Below the pieces are notes generated by a model, which saw only the letters and a list, made by a program, of their open reading frames with translations, was not told the origin of the DNA and searched no databases. A DNA stretch of 64,000 bases from a virus (Duplodnaviria > Heunggongvirae > Uroviricota > Caudoviricetes), in IMG/VR virus record IMGVR_UViG_3300046522_000748; one strand, written 5' to 3'. Positions 19,447-29,034 of the stretch are shown here, piece by piece. The first letter of the stretch is position 1, and each line of letters starts with the position of its first letter. The position numbers and the translations under genes were made by a program.

Positions 19447-21294
19447 GTGTGTAGAATAAAAATAGCGCTTGGATTAGTGCTGACATTAGCGGCAATGCCC
19501 GCCATTTCTGAATATCGTTATAATTTTACTTTATCTTCCGGTGGATTGGGGGCTCCTCCCCCTCCAGGCAACGGCGAGTGGGTTCCAGCGAACTCGGAAT
19601 TCGGCGAGTGGATTGTTAAAGGCGATATTTACGGTTGTTCAAACTGGTCGCCCTCTCCATCGTCTCAAGGCAAAGGGGTTGTTTTTGAGCAGATAGCAAA
19701 TGATTGCTCACTTGAACAGAATTCTTGGGAACAAAAATACAAGAAGAATACAGTCACAGGTGAGCTTGCCACTGACGGGCCTCGACTTCCTTTGAGCAAG
19801 GTGATCACGACAACTGATTCGCGAGAAGCAATAGGCATCTTGGAAAATTGGCTACCTTTTGATCCATCCTATACCAATTGGATTGACACGAACTCGCTAT
19901 ATGGCTGCACCTCATGGTCGCCTAACCCTGCTACGTTCACTGTAACGAGCAACTTCACCCAAACCTCAAATACCTGTAAAACAGATCAAGAACGTCAGCG
20001 TCAGGAGCGTGAACAGGAGAAGTTCACTGCCGAAATACGCAATGTGGGTTCTCCGATTGTCGAGCAGCAGACTGCGACAAATCAAACGGCTACACGTCCT
20101 TATTCCGTCATTTTGGGTGCCTGGGCGGCTGTGGGTGAGTCCTACGCATGTTCTAATTGGTCGCCAGCTGCGGAAACTGTCGGTAAAGGCATCAAGTTCA
20201 CACAGAGCGCCACTGATTGTAAGCAGGATCAAACACGTACCCGTTCCGAGTCATTTCAAGACCACAAGACCGGTCAGATCGAGCATGTTTCATCTACAAA
20301 TGAAACTCGCACGCTATCTAATCAGGCTGGAAGCAAGGAATCGACTGGCACAATGGAGCAGTGGGTTGCCACCACGCCGACGTATTCTGCATGGGTGACC
20401 ACAAATGCTCAGTATGCTTGCAGTAATTGGTCTCCGACAGGTTCAAGCAAATCTGTTACGACGACGTTCACACAAACTGCTACCGACTGCAAAACAGACC
20501 AGACTCATAATCGACAAGATCGCGAGCAGGAAAGCACCACCTTAGAAATCCGTGACAAGGGCGTTCCTGTCGCTGAAAATCAAACATTGACAGCACAATC
20601 TGCTACCCGTAACTACACAGTTACAGTGGGCTCATGGGCTGACAGTGGGGCCAAATACGCCTGCGCAAATTGGTCGCCGTCTCCGGCCACGATTCCGATG
20701 GGACAAAACTTCACTCAAACAGCGACTGACTGCAAGCAGAACCAAACACGTGCTCGTGCTGAGTCCTATATCGATCACAAAACCGGTGTAACTACTGCCG
20801 TTGTGGTTCCAAACGATACCCAAGTCTTATCGAATGTTACCAATACGCAAACTGCGGTTGGGCAAATGAACTCATGGAGCGTGAAAGATATTGAGTTCAT
20901 TGATGCCGATGATGACAGCATCACTTTCAGTTGCTCTGGATCGAGCTGCGCGTTGACCGATTATCAGACTATGCGATCAAGCCGCACAGGCAGCACACAA
21001 TCCATCAGCCTTATCCTGAATGCGGCTGCTTACTATCAGGGGGCTGCCAACGACGCTCCGGCACTTTCTTACAACGTCGCAATTTCCGGCATGAGTGGTG
21101 CCTCCTGGAGTGGCTCGTGTTCCTATCCGCGTGGATCTTTCCCTTGCCTCAGTATCAACACTACAAACGTAGCTGCTGGATCGTATTCCCCATCGATAAC
21201 AGTGGCAGTAACCAAGCCAGGAGGCTCGGTGCAAACACTGAACCTGTCTGTTCCCAACTGGACGGTTTACCCCAATGACGGCTGGTTGGATTGA
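19447..21294 (+). CDS. secreted tandem-repeat protein (615 aa; ~55-aa Cys-containing repeats)
   Basis: Signal peptide (ALGLVLTLAAMPAISEY). Repeated Y.CSNWSP...FTQ.A.DCK.DQTR.R... units shared with ORF 25200..28862. Probable GTG start with an AGGGG Shine-Dalgarno. Confidence 0.6.
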   Translation: MCRIKIALGLVLTLAAMPAISEYRYNFTLSSGGLGAPPPPGNGEWVPANSEFGEWIVKGDIYGCSNWSPSPSSQGKGVVFEQIANDCSLEQNSWEQKYKKNTVTGELATDGPRLPLSKVITTTDSREAIGILENWLPFDPSYTNWIDTNSLYGCTSWSPNPATFTVTSNFTQTSNTCKTDQERQRQEREQEKFTAEIRNVGSPIVEQQTATNQTATRPYSVILGAWAAVGESYACSNWSPAAETVGKGIKFTQSATDCKQDQTRTRSESFQDHKTGQIEHVSSTNETRTLSNQAGSKESTGTMEQWVATTPTYSAWVTTNAQYACSNWSPTGSSKSVTTTFTQTATDCKTDQTHNRQDREQESTTLEIRDKGVPVAENQTLTAQSATRNYTVTVGSWADSGAKYACANWSPSPATIPMGQNFTQTATDCKQNQTRARAESYIDHKTGVTTAVVVPNDTQVLSNVTNTQTAVGQMNSWSVKDIEFIDADDDSITFSCSGSSCALTDYQTMRSSRTGSTQSISLILNAAAYYQGAANDAPALSYNVAISGMSGASWSGSCSYPRGSFPCLSINTTNVAAGSYSPSITVAVTKPGGSVQTLNLSVPNWTVYPNDGWLD

Positions 21295-21325
21295 TTCTGT
21301 TTAATTGATGCTGTCGCATAAGACA

Positions 21326-21350
21326 AAAACTCGCTAATTGCGAGTTTTTT
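21326..21350 (+). terminator. rho-independent terminator (bidirectional shape)
   Basis: AAAAACTCGC taatt GCGAGTTTTTT. Confidence 0.55.
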
Positions 21351-21360
21351 GTTAATAATA

Positions 21361-21388
21361 TTGACAGTTTTATCGTGCGGATTATAAT
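21361..21388 (+). promoter_or_regulatory. consensus sigma70 promoter (TTGACA-N16-TATAAT)
   Basis: TTGACA at 21361-21366 and TATAAT at 21383-21388, followed by a ~130-nt leader before the operon. Confidence 0.5.
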
Positions 21389-21519
21389 GTCATTAAGGAT
21401 GGCCACCTTCCGCTCCCGCCTGAAAAGGTACGGTAAACCCGCTGAGAATCAAACACCTCACTCATAGCATTCAATGAATCTGTGCGTGGCAAGGGGAGCC
21501 GCTACAAGTTAACGGATTC

Positions 21520-22284
21520 ATGGAGAATGATATGAGCAAGTCTTTTTCAACGTATTCTGATTATTCAGCCTTTGCCCATTCAGTTGTGCGTGCCTCCGAT
21601 GGCCGATTGGGCATTAATGGTAGTGGGCTGCTCTCTTTGTTTGCAAAAGCACGTGGGTTTGATTCACCGCAAGCTTTTAAAGCATCTTTCCCGGTTTCAC
21701 CGGAAGCAGCCCAGTCGGGTGTGGGCCTGACTCACCCTGCGAACTCTCCGCGAGAAAAGATCAGTGCAGAATTTCGATCATCTTTGCATGAGTTCTTCTT
21801 TTCGGAATACGAAGTGTCGATGAAGGTTCGTGCCGCATTGACCCGTATTATTTTTCACGCGGGTGCGCTCCGTAATAATCACGTTCGGAATGAGTTGTGT
21901 GCAGGCTTGGACAATCGGTTCATTGATGAACTTTTCTCCTACCCTCTCACTTCCAGGGAATTTGATCTTGATTACATCGTGAAGGTGTATGGCGATCAGG
22001 CTTATAAGGATCTGTGCAACTCACAAAACGTGGCACATATGCGCTTCACTGATGGCTTGTTGTTCAGGGTGCAGAAAGGCGCTGCGGAGCTGGCATTTCG
22101 GGACATGTTGGATGAAGTGGTGATCTTGCTTCAGCAATTGCTGAGTTCGCCGCTTGAGCGTCAGGCCATCATCAATGGCAACAACGGAAGCGCGGATTCT
22201 GAAAGGCTTTTGCATAATGAGGCTCTTCACCGTCGTATCACTGACATCCTTAATAGCGTTTCAATCAGCGAGTACATGGATTAA
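21520..22284 (+). CDS. hypothetical protein (the ATG at 21532 with GGAG Shine-Dalgarno may be the real start)
   Basis: First gene of the operon 21520-25118. Confidence 0.5.
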   Translation: MENDMSKSFSTYSDYSAFAHSVVRASDGRLGINGSGLLSLFAKARGFDSPQAFKASFPVSPEAAQSGVGLTHPANSPREKISAEFRSSLHEFFFSEYEVSMKVRAALTRIIFHAGALRNNHVRNELCAGLDNRFIDELFSYPLTSREFDLDYIVKVYGDQAYKDLCNSQNVAHMRFTDGLLFRVQKGAAELAFRDMLDEVVILLQQLLSSPLERQAIINGNNGSADSERLLHNEALHRRITDILNSVSISEYMD

Positions 22285-22377
22285 CTGCTGGCCCCTCCTT
22301 GCGAGGGGCTTGCTGCTTTCGCTAAATGAGATCGAATTTCGGATAAACTATTTGAATAATCTACATGGAGTAATCGC

Positions 22378-23007
22378 GTGAATACTGAAGAAAATATGGC
22401 GGGTTTGGCTGGATCTATCTACCCAATGAAATTCAGCGCCAATGCCCTTCGCTCAAAAATTAACGATCCCTCTATTCAGAAAGCGCTTCGCCGCTTTGAG
22501 AAAAGCGAGCAACCGGCTACAAACGTCAGCCTCACTTGGTATGAGTGTGTGATGAAAGAGCTTGATGCCGCACCTGAAGAAGTAATTCAAGAGCATCATA
22601 TTATGTATGCAGAGGCTCGAAAAGCTCTGGCCGAAATGGATAATCCTTCTTGGGTTCGTGTGAGCACGGAACTGTTGAAGACCTTGCTCAGCTTTATTGT
22701 TGTTCGTCGTTCTGTCGAAGGTGTCACTGTTCCTGGCCCTGATTGGGAGCTTTTGCGCAGGCTGATTGCGATGGGTGATACTGGCGCAGTGTGTGAGGCC
22801 CAGAAAGCGATTGATGGCGAGTTCGGGTGGGATAAGTCGCAATGGGATCAATTGAATTTGGGGGTGCCCGAAAATGTAGCTATCTCCAGCTCCAGCAGAA
22901 TGGAGGCGTTTATGCCGCAGCGTGAGCCTATGCGCCCGCTCTCCAGCACAGCTGATGGCGTTTATCCGGTTCGCTCTAAGTTTTTTGAGCGAGGTGAGAA
23001 GGCATGA
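22378..23007 (+). CDS. hypothetical protein (209 aa)
   Basis: GGAG Shine-Dalgarno 8 nt before the GTG/ATG start. Confidence 0.45.
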   Translation: MNTEENMAGLAGSIYPMKFSANALRSKINDPSIQKALRRFEKSEQPATNVSLTWYECVMKELDAAPEEVIQEHHIMYAEARKALAEMDNPSWVRVSTELLKTLLSFIVVRRSVEGVTVPGPDWELLRRLIAMGDTGAVCEAQKAIDGEFGWDKSQWDQLNLGVPENVAISSSSRMEAFMPQREPMRPLSSTADGVYPVRSKFFERGEKA

Positions 23008-23216
23008 TTCGACGCCTGTTCACGAAACTGATGATGCGGTTTTTATTTAAGAAGAGGCTGGAAAACGTCAGTAATCCGTTTGCGTTGCCGCTAACGAGAC
23101 AGTCAAAAAATTTTATGAAAAAGGCGCATGACTCCGTAATAACGGACATGCTTAATCCAAAGAATGTAGATACTTCTCGCCATAGGGCTTTCTGGAGCAG
23201 TTTCAATGACAAGTAA
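23004..23216 (+). CDS. hypothetical small basic protein
   Basis: Fills the gap and overlaps both neighbours at start and stop. Confidence 0.25.
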   Translation: MIRRLFTKLMMRFLFKKRLENVSNPFALPLTRQSKNFMKKAHDSVITDMLNPKNVDTSRHRAFWSSFNDK

Positions 23217-24003
23217 TGACAAGCTTAATGGTCACCCTCCACGTTCAGGGCGCCCTGTGAAACCATCGACTGCAACGTTCGACATTGACGTTTACCCGGT
23301 TATTCACCACCTCGATGCGGCCACCACGCTTGAGCAGGCTGACATCGCTTTTGAGGCTAAGGCCGATGGCGTGTTTCTAATCTCACATCACCGGAACGAC
23401 AGCGCGCTTGTGCCGCTGGCTCATCATATCAAGGCAAAGTACCCAGACAAGCAAGTTGGCTTGAACTTCCTCTCCCAAGGCCCTCTGAAGGCATTGGACG
23501 CTGTTGATATCGCGGGACTGGACATGATGTGGGGTGACTACTGTGGCGTCACCTCAGGTGAGCCGGAAAAGCTGGCGCATGATCTTGACATTCGCAACGA
23601 TGAAATTGGCATGAAGAAAATCTTTGCCTCCGTTGCCTTCAAGTATCAAGCTGAAGACGCCGACCCGCCCCAGGCTGCACGCAATGCCAAAATCTTTGGC
23701 TTTATTCCTACGACCAGTGGCGCAGGAACCGGCGAAGCACCGACCGTGGACAAGATCAAGGCCATGAGCGCAGCTGTTGATGGAAATTTGGCGGTGGCCA
23801 GCGGGATGACGGTGGAAAACATCACCGATTACGCGCCCTATCTTCGCTACGTTCTGGTGGCTACCGGGGTGTCGTTGGACGACCATCATTTCGATTTTGA
23901 GCGTCTGTATCGCTTCATTGCGTTGGCCAAAAAAGCCAAGACAAATCACTTTGTCACCAATGTAATTGGGACTGCTGTAGGACAGCAGAGAGGCGGTGAG
24001 TAA
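23206..24003 (+). CDS. BtpA/SgcQ-like TIM-barrel (phosphate-binding barrel) protein
   Basis: C-terminal glycine-rich phosphate-binding block (IPTTSGAGTGEAPTVDKI...LAVASGMTVENI) and an overall beta/alpha pattern typical of BtpA-family barrels. Confidence 0.4.
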   Translation: MTSNDKLNGHPPRSGRPVKPSTATFDIDVYPVIHHLDAATTLEQADIAFEAKADGVFLISHHRNDSALVPLAHHIKAKYPDKQVGLNFLSQGPLKALDAVDIAGLDMMWGDYCGVTSGEPEKLAHDLDIRNDEIGMKKIFASVAFKYQAEDADPPQAARNAKIFGFIPTTSGAGTGEAPTVDKIKAMSAAVDGNLAVASGMTVENITDYAPYLRYVLVATGVSLDDHHFDFERLYRFIALAKKAKTNHFVTNVIGTAVGQQRGGE

Positions 24004-24848
24004 TGTCGGTTAAGGCGAAGTTTCTGATCGACCGGTATGTCGTCGAGGATAGCTATCACGATGACCTTTATGAGCAGTTGACGCTGCTCGGATTTGAGGT
24101 CGTCTGTGATGGCTACACCTATTTTACCCAGGAGCCTTCGACCAAGCATTTCGATGATGATGACTGTGTTGTTCTATACGGCAGCATGAGCTTTGTGGAG
24201 CAATTTGGCCGTGGGCGCGGGTTTATTCCTGGCGCTTACTACACCAAGAGTCGCTACCTGTGTTCACAGTACATGCACAGACTGCCGGAAGGCATCATGG
24301 CCAACGATGACTATCTGATGCTGCCTTTTGGTGAGTTTGTTCGCCGTCACGAGTCGATTTATCAGTTGTTCAAAAGCAACAAGATTTTCATTCGACCCAA
24401 TTCTGGACACAAAACATTCACGGGCCTTCCGATTCATATTGAGGAATTTACTCACGAAATCAATACGTTGAAGAAGCTTCTTAACGTATCGGATGACACG
24501 TTGATTTTGATAGCGTCCTGTAAGCAAATCACGGCGGAATACCGATTCTTCGTGGTCGGTGGCAAGGTAATTACTGGCTCCAGGTACAAGCTTGGAAATG
24601 AGCTGTCCATCGAGCCGGTCATTGATGAGGCGTGCCTGGAGGTGGCTAATCGCGTTGCCGAGCACCCTTGGCAGGTTGATTTGGCCTATGCGTGCGATGT
24701 CGGCATTGTCGATGGAAAACCGAAGGTCATCGAACTTAATGCGTTTTCTACATCTGGCCTCTATGCCGTTGATATTCCTAGCTTGTTTTCTGCCGTGGCT
24801 GACATCGCTGTGGCTGAATGGCAAGGCGACGTTTCACTGACTGATTAA
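24003..24848 (+). CDS. ATP-grasp family ligase
   Basis: ATP-grasp signature blocks KIFIRPNSGHKTFTG, YRFFVVGGKVITGSRY and KVIELNAFSTSGLY. TAATG overlap with the upstream gene. Confidence 0.5.
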   Translation: MSVKAKFLIDRYVVEDSYHDDLYEQLTLLGFEVVCDGYTYFTQEPSTKHFDDDDCVVLYGSMSFVEQFGRGRGFIPGAYYTKSRYLCSQYMHRLPEGIMANDDYLMLPFGEFVRRHESIYQLFKSNKIFIRPNSGHKTFTGLPIHIEEFTHEINTLKKLLNVSDDTLILIASCKQITAEYRFFVVGGKVITGSRYKLGNELSIEPVIDEACLEVANRVAEHPWQVDLAYACDVGIVDGKPKVIELNAFSTSGLYAVDIPSLFSAVADIAVAEWQGDVSLTD

Positions 24849-24863
24849 TTAAAAGGACAAGCA

Positions 24864-25118
24864 ATGCCCGGCCCCCATAACCACCTCTGCCTGAAACATG
24901 GTGGAGACCGTGAGACGCCCGATGATTTCTGGCTGTGTGATACCTGTGCCCGTAACCACATCAACAACTGTGCCTGTGGAGCGCCTGCTCGCTACTTTGG
25001 CGAGGCTCTGATGTGTGCCGTGAGCTGTGAGCAGTGCAAGGAATTTGTGATGTATGTAGGCTTTGACAAGGACGTTCGCAAGCTGTGGAACGAAGGCGTT
25101 CGAGGCAATGTCGAGTAA
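24864..25118 (+). CDS. Cys-rich small protein (84 aa, 8 Cys in CxxC/CxC/CxxxCxxC spacing)
   Basis: Possible Zn-binding protein or a substrate peptide of the ATP-grasp ligase. Confidence 0.45.
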   Translation: MPGPHNHLCLKHGGDRETPDDFWLCDTCARNHINNCACGAPARYFGEALMCAVSCEQCKEFVMYVGFDKDVRKLWNEGVRGNVE

Positions 25119-25155
25119 ACGAGAAACGAGAAATGAGCGTCTTTTGAAGCATTCA

Positions 25156-25190
25156 TAAAAAAGGCCTTACACAGTAAGGCCTTTTTGTTT
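25156..25190. terminator. bidirectional rho-independent terminator
   Basis: AAAAAAGGCCTTAC acag GTAAGGCCTTTTTGTTT, between convergent genes. Confidence 0.6.
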
Positions 25191-25199
25191 ACGCCATTA

Positions 25200-28100
25200 T
25201 TATTGGTATCTAACCACGATGTACGGATATCCGTTGGTTCCGCTCAGGTAGCTGGCGTTTCCAAGGGTGTCAACACCATACATCCAAATGGCTGGCCCTT
25301 TGTTTGAGCCGCTCATGGCGATTGCGTACGTCAGGGTGTCGCCCTTCAGTATTGTAATGGCGCTGCCGAGTTGAAACAGGATGTTGGCGTTATCTAAGCT
25401 GCCAACTACGTTGGCGGTTCCGGTCGTGCAGCCGCCGCTAGAGCCGCACACATTGAGTGTCATCACGCCGTTAGCTGTATTGTTGTAGTTGCCAATCAGC
25501 ACCGATAGCTGAGTGATCACGCCTTTCTGCATTTGGCTGATTGTGCCGGAGTAGTTCACACCATTGGTTATTTGCAGGGCTGTGTTCGTACCACTTGGGC
25601 CTGTCAGCGGCACTACGCCATGGGCAGAAGGATCATCCACAACGAGGGTTTTGTTGGCAGTCTTTGTCACACCCACGGCGTTTTGCCCGGTGATTGTGTA
25701 GGTGTAGCTGCCAGCAACTGTTGGTGTAATAGCCTTCGAGGTTGCGGTGCCCACATTCACACCTGTTACCGGAACTCCAGAGTTATTCGAGCTTCCGGTG
25801 ATGGTGTACGAGGTTACTCCAGTGCCAGACCAGTTCAGTGTGAAGGCTTGTCCCGTAAACGGGGTGGTTGAAGCCGATATGGTGCCAATAACTGGGTTAT
25901 CGACAACCGTCACATCAATTGATTTCAGGTTGCCTACGTTTGTTACGCCATTCAGCGTTTTGGTCGCTGTCGCGTAATAGGTCGTTGTGCCTGCCACACT
26001 GGCAGCCGAAGGCGGAAGTGTTGCTGCGGCACTGTTGGCTGAGTTGCGGCCTTGAAGCAAAGCACCACTGCTAATGCCGGTGCCCGCAAACGTAAGGGCG
26101 GCTGATGGCGAGACGCTGATGGCAGTAGAAACGCCGTTGACATTCAATCCACCGATGGAGGGTGCCGCTTCAGTTGCTACGACTCGTGTAGCTGTTGCGG
26201 ACACACCAATGGCGTTCGTTGCAGTAAGCGTATAGACGTAAGATCCTGCCGCCGTTGGTGTTGCGGTAGTGCTGCTACCGACCACGGCTTGGTTGGTTGT
26301 TGAAAAACCAGAGCCTGCGGCACTGCCACGTAGCGCGTAGCTTGTGACATTCGTTCCGCTCCAGGTCAGTGTAAGCGGCGTATTGATGAAGGCTGCCGTT
26401 GGGGCTGATAGCGAGGCTGTTGGCGCGGCTGCTGTGCCAGTAGCTGCGCGGGTGTCCGCTTGGCTTCTGAGAGTTTGTGTTTCATTTGTCGGCGTGATCG
26501 CAACAACCTGTCCCGTCAGATGATCCACATATGACTCATTGCGGGTTCTGGATTGATCCAGAGAGCAGTCTGTAGCGTTTTGGGTAAATGCCTCGCCCAT
26601 AGCAACAGTTGTTGTAGCCGGAGACCAGTTGGTGCATCCGTATTTAGCGCCACTGTCTGTCCATGTACCCAGGGTCACGGTATAGCTGCGTGTTGCTGTT
26701 TGACCAGTCAAGGTCTGGCTTTCAGCAACCGCTGTGCCTTTGTTGCGGATAGCCAAGGTGGTGCTTTCCTGTTCACGATCCTGGCGATTGCGCGTCTGAT
26801 CTGTTTCACAGTCGCTTGCGGTCTGCGTGAAGGTTGACGTAGCGGTTTTGCTCGACGGTGCTGGCATCCAGACTGAGCAGCCGTACAAAGCTTTGGTGCT
26901 TGTCCAAGCGGTGTAAGTTGGCGTCGTAGCCGCCCACGTTTCTTTGGTGCCGGTCGCAGGTTGGGTATTGCTCTGCCCCGTCAATGTCTGGGTTTCGCCT
27001 GCGACAGTGACCGCCACCGTAGAGCCGGTTTTATGATCGACGTAGGACTCGGCACGGGTGCGCGTTTGATCCTGCTTGCAGTCAGTGGCTGTCTGCGTAA
27101 AGCTTTGGCCTGTGGTAACCGTCGATGGTGCTGGTGACCAGTTCGAGCAAGCGTACTTCGCGCCATTGTTAGTCCAGGCGCCCAGCGTGACGGTGTAGTT
27201 TCGTGTAGCTGATTGAGCGGTCAGCGTCTGGTTTTCAACAACAGGCGTGCCTTTGTTGCGGATGGCCAGCGTAGTGCTTTCTTGCTCGCGATCCTGGCGA
27301 TTGCGAGTTTGATCGGATTCACAATCGCTGGCGGTCTGCGTAAAAGTTGCTGTAGCGGTTTTGCTCGACGGTGAGGGCGCCCATATTGAGCAACCGTACA
27401 AGGCGTTGGTGTTCGTCCAGGCTGTATAGGTTGGCGTAGTAGCAGCCCACGTTTCTTTGGTGCCGGTGGCGCCTTGCGTATTGCTTTGGCCGGTTAGCGT
27501 CTGTGTTTCACCAGCAACAGTGACGGCCACAGTTGTGCCGGTCTTGTGATCGACGTAAGACTCAGAACGAGTGCGCGTTTGATCCTGCTTACAGTCGGTG
27601 GCGGTCTGGGTGAAGCCTTGACCCACGGTGACGGTCGATGGAGCAGGAGACCAGTTAGAGCACGCGTATTTAGCGCCGCTGTTGATCCAGGTGCCCAGTG
27701 TCACGGAGTAGCTGCGGGTGGCGGTCTGGCTGGTCAGGGTCTGGCTTTCAACAATGGGTGTCCCTTTGTCGCGGATCTCGCCAGTGTTTTGCTCTATCTC
27801 ACGATCCTGACGGGCACGCGATTGATCGGTCGTGCAGTTTGAGGCGGTTTGACTGAACGTAGTGGTGGTCGTTTTGCTGGCGCCAGTCGGCGACCAGTTG
27901 GAACACGCATTTAGAGCGCTTGTGTTGACCCAGGCAGTGTACGTCGGCGTTGTGGCAGACCATTGTTCCATCGTGCCGGTAGATTGCTTACTGCCGCTCT
28001 GGTTGGTCAGTGTGCGGTATTCATTCGGCTTGGTGACCTGCTCATTTTCACCGGTTTTGTGATCTTTGAATGATTCAGCTCGGGTTCGTGTCTGATCAAC

Positions 28101-28862
28101 CTTGCAGTCGGTAGCGGTTTGGGTGAAGGTCGTGCCCTTGCCTATGGTGCTTGCGGCTGGTGACCAGTTCGAGCAGGCGTAGGACTCGCCCACCGCTGTC
28201 CAGCTCCCTAACGTAACCGAGTAAGGTCTGGAGGCATTTTGGTTGCTCAGTGTTTGCTGTTCCGTCACAGGCTCGCCGCTGTTGCGTACCTCTTCAGTGA
28301 AGCGTTCTTGCTCCCTGTCTTGGCGTTGACGTTCTTGATCCGTTTTACAGCTGCTGGAAGTCTGGGTAAAGGTGTTGGTGGTGGTGAATGTTGATGGATT
28401 CGGTGACCACGCCGTACAGCCATACAGGGCGTTTGTATCCGTCCAACTGGTGTAGGTCGGTGCAATGCCCAGCCAATTTTCCAGTACGCCAATCTCATCA
28501 CGCGTTTTTGAGGCGCTGATGGATTTTGATTCTGTGTAGGCGGCGTTTGGAATTGGCTCAACCACACCCGTTTTGTCATTTCGACGTTGTGGATGAACTA
28601 ACCTTGTTTGATCTTGTTTGCAGTCATCCGCTTTTTGTACAAAAGAAATCCCCTTCCCAATGCTTGAGGTTGAAGGAGACCAATTGGAGCAGCCATAGAT
28701 CTCCCCGGAAGATTTCCAGGCGTCATAAGTCGGCTCTACTTTTGTCCACCCATTGCCGGTGGTAGTGGTTAATGTGTAAAGATATCGGTAGTCATTGGCT
28801 TGCGTGAGCGCAGCCTGACTACTGAGTCCAGCTAAAACAAGTAAATGAGGTAGTAGCTTCAT
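25200..28862 (-). CDS. giant secreted tandem-repeat protein with C-terminal Ig-like region (1220 aa)
   Basis: Signal peptide MKLLPHLLVLAGLSSQAALTQA. About nine ~55-aa Cys-pair repeats arranged as ~110-aa super-repeats (TYTAW..NALYGCS.W.P...TFTQTASDC..DQTRNRQDREQE...YACSNWSP...FTQTATDCKQDQTRTR.ESYVDHKTG). C-terminal Thr/Ser/Gly-rich beta-type region. Confidence 0.65.
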   Translation of the reverse strand: MKLLPHLLVLAGLSSQAALTQANDYRYLYTLTTTTGNGWTKVEPTYDAWKSSGEIYGCSNWSPSTSSIGKGISFVQKADDCKQDQTRLVHPQRRNDKTGVVEPIPNAAYTESKSISASKTRDEIGVLENWLGIAPTYTSWTDTNALYGCTAWSPNPSTFTTTNTFTQTSSSCKTDQERQRQDREQERFTEEVRNSGEPVTEQQTLSNQNASRPYSVTLGSWTAVGESYACSNWSPAASTIGKGTTFTQTATDCKVDQTRTRAESFKDHKTGENEQVTKPNEYRTLTNQSGSKQSTGTMEQWSATTPTYTAWVNTSALNACSNWSPTGASKTTTTTFSQTASNCTTDQSRARQDREIEQNTGEIRDKGTPIVESQTLTSQTATRSYSVTLGTWINSGAKYACSNWSPAPSTVTVGQGFTQTATDCKQDQTRTRSESYVDHKTGTTVAVTVAGETQTLTGQSNTQGATGTKETWAATTPTYTAWTNTNALYGCSIWAPSPSSKTATATFTQTASDCESDQTRNRQDREQESTTLAIRNKGTPVVENQTLTAQSATRNYTVTLGAWTNNGAKYACSNWSPAPSTVTTGQSFTQTATDCKQDQTRTRAESYVDHKTGSTVAVTVAGETQTLTGQSNTQPATGTKETWAATTPTYTAWTSTKALYGCSVWMPAPSSKTATSTFTQTASDCETDQTRNRQDREQESTTLAIRNKGTAVAESQTLTGQTATRSYTVTLGTWTDSGAKYGCTNWSPATTTVAMGEAFTQNATDCSLDQSRTRNESYVDHLTGQVVAITPTNETQTLRSQADTRAATGTAAAPTASLSAPTAAFINTPLTLTWSGTNVTSYALRGSAAGSGFSTTNQAVVGSSTTATPTAAGSYVYTLTATNAIGVSATATRVVATEAAPSIGGLNVNGVSTAISVSPSAALTFAGTGISSGALLQGRNSANSAAATLPPSAASVAGTTTYYATATKTLNGVTNVGNLKSIDVTVVDNPVIGTISASTTPFTGQAFTLNWSGTGVTSYTITGSSNNSGVPVTGVNVGTATSKAITPTVAGSYTYTITGQNAVGVTKTANKTLVVDDPSAHGVVPLTGPSGTNTALQITNGVNYSGTISQMQKGVITQLSVLIGNYNNTANGVMTLNVCGSSGGCTTGTANVVGSLDNANILFQLGSAITILKGDTLTYAIAMSGSNKGPAIWMYGVDTLGNASYLSGTNGYPYIVVRYQ

Positions 28863-29034
28863 AATCCCGCCGCTAAAATTGTGTCATGTTGTCATTCTGA
28901 CTAGTATACGACCTTTTTGCCTTAATATTTAAAGTTGACTGGTCATATGTTGGCTCCATACGTCTGCTGATGTCCAGACTCTGGCCGTGATGATAGGCCA
29001 CAGAGGCGCACTGCACGCCCCTGTAGGCACCTTG

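Noticed and set aside
25533-28765. ORFs antisense or out of frame within the 1220-aa repeat-protein gene (25533..25871, 26553..26837, 27546..27842, 28265..28579 and others)
   Set aside because: Shadow ORFs created by the low-complexity Thr/Ser/Gly repeat coding sequence.
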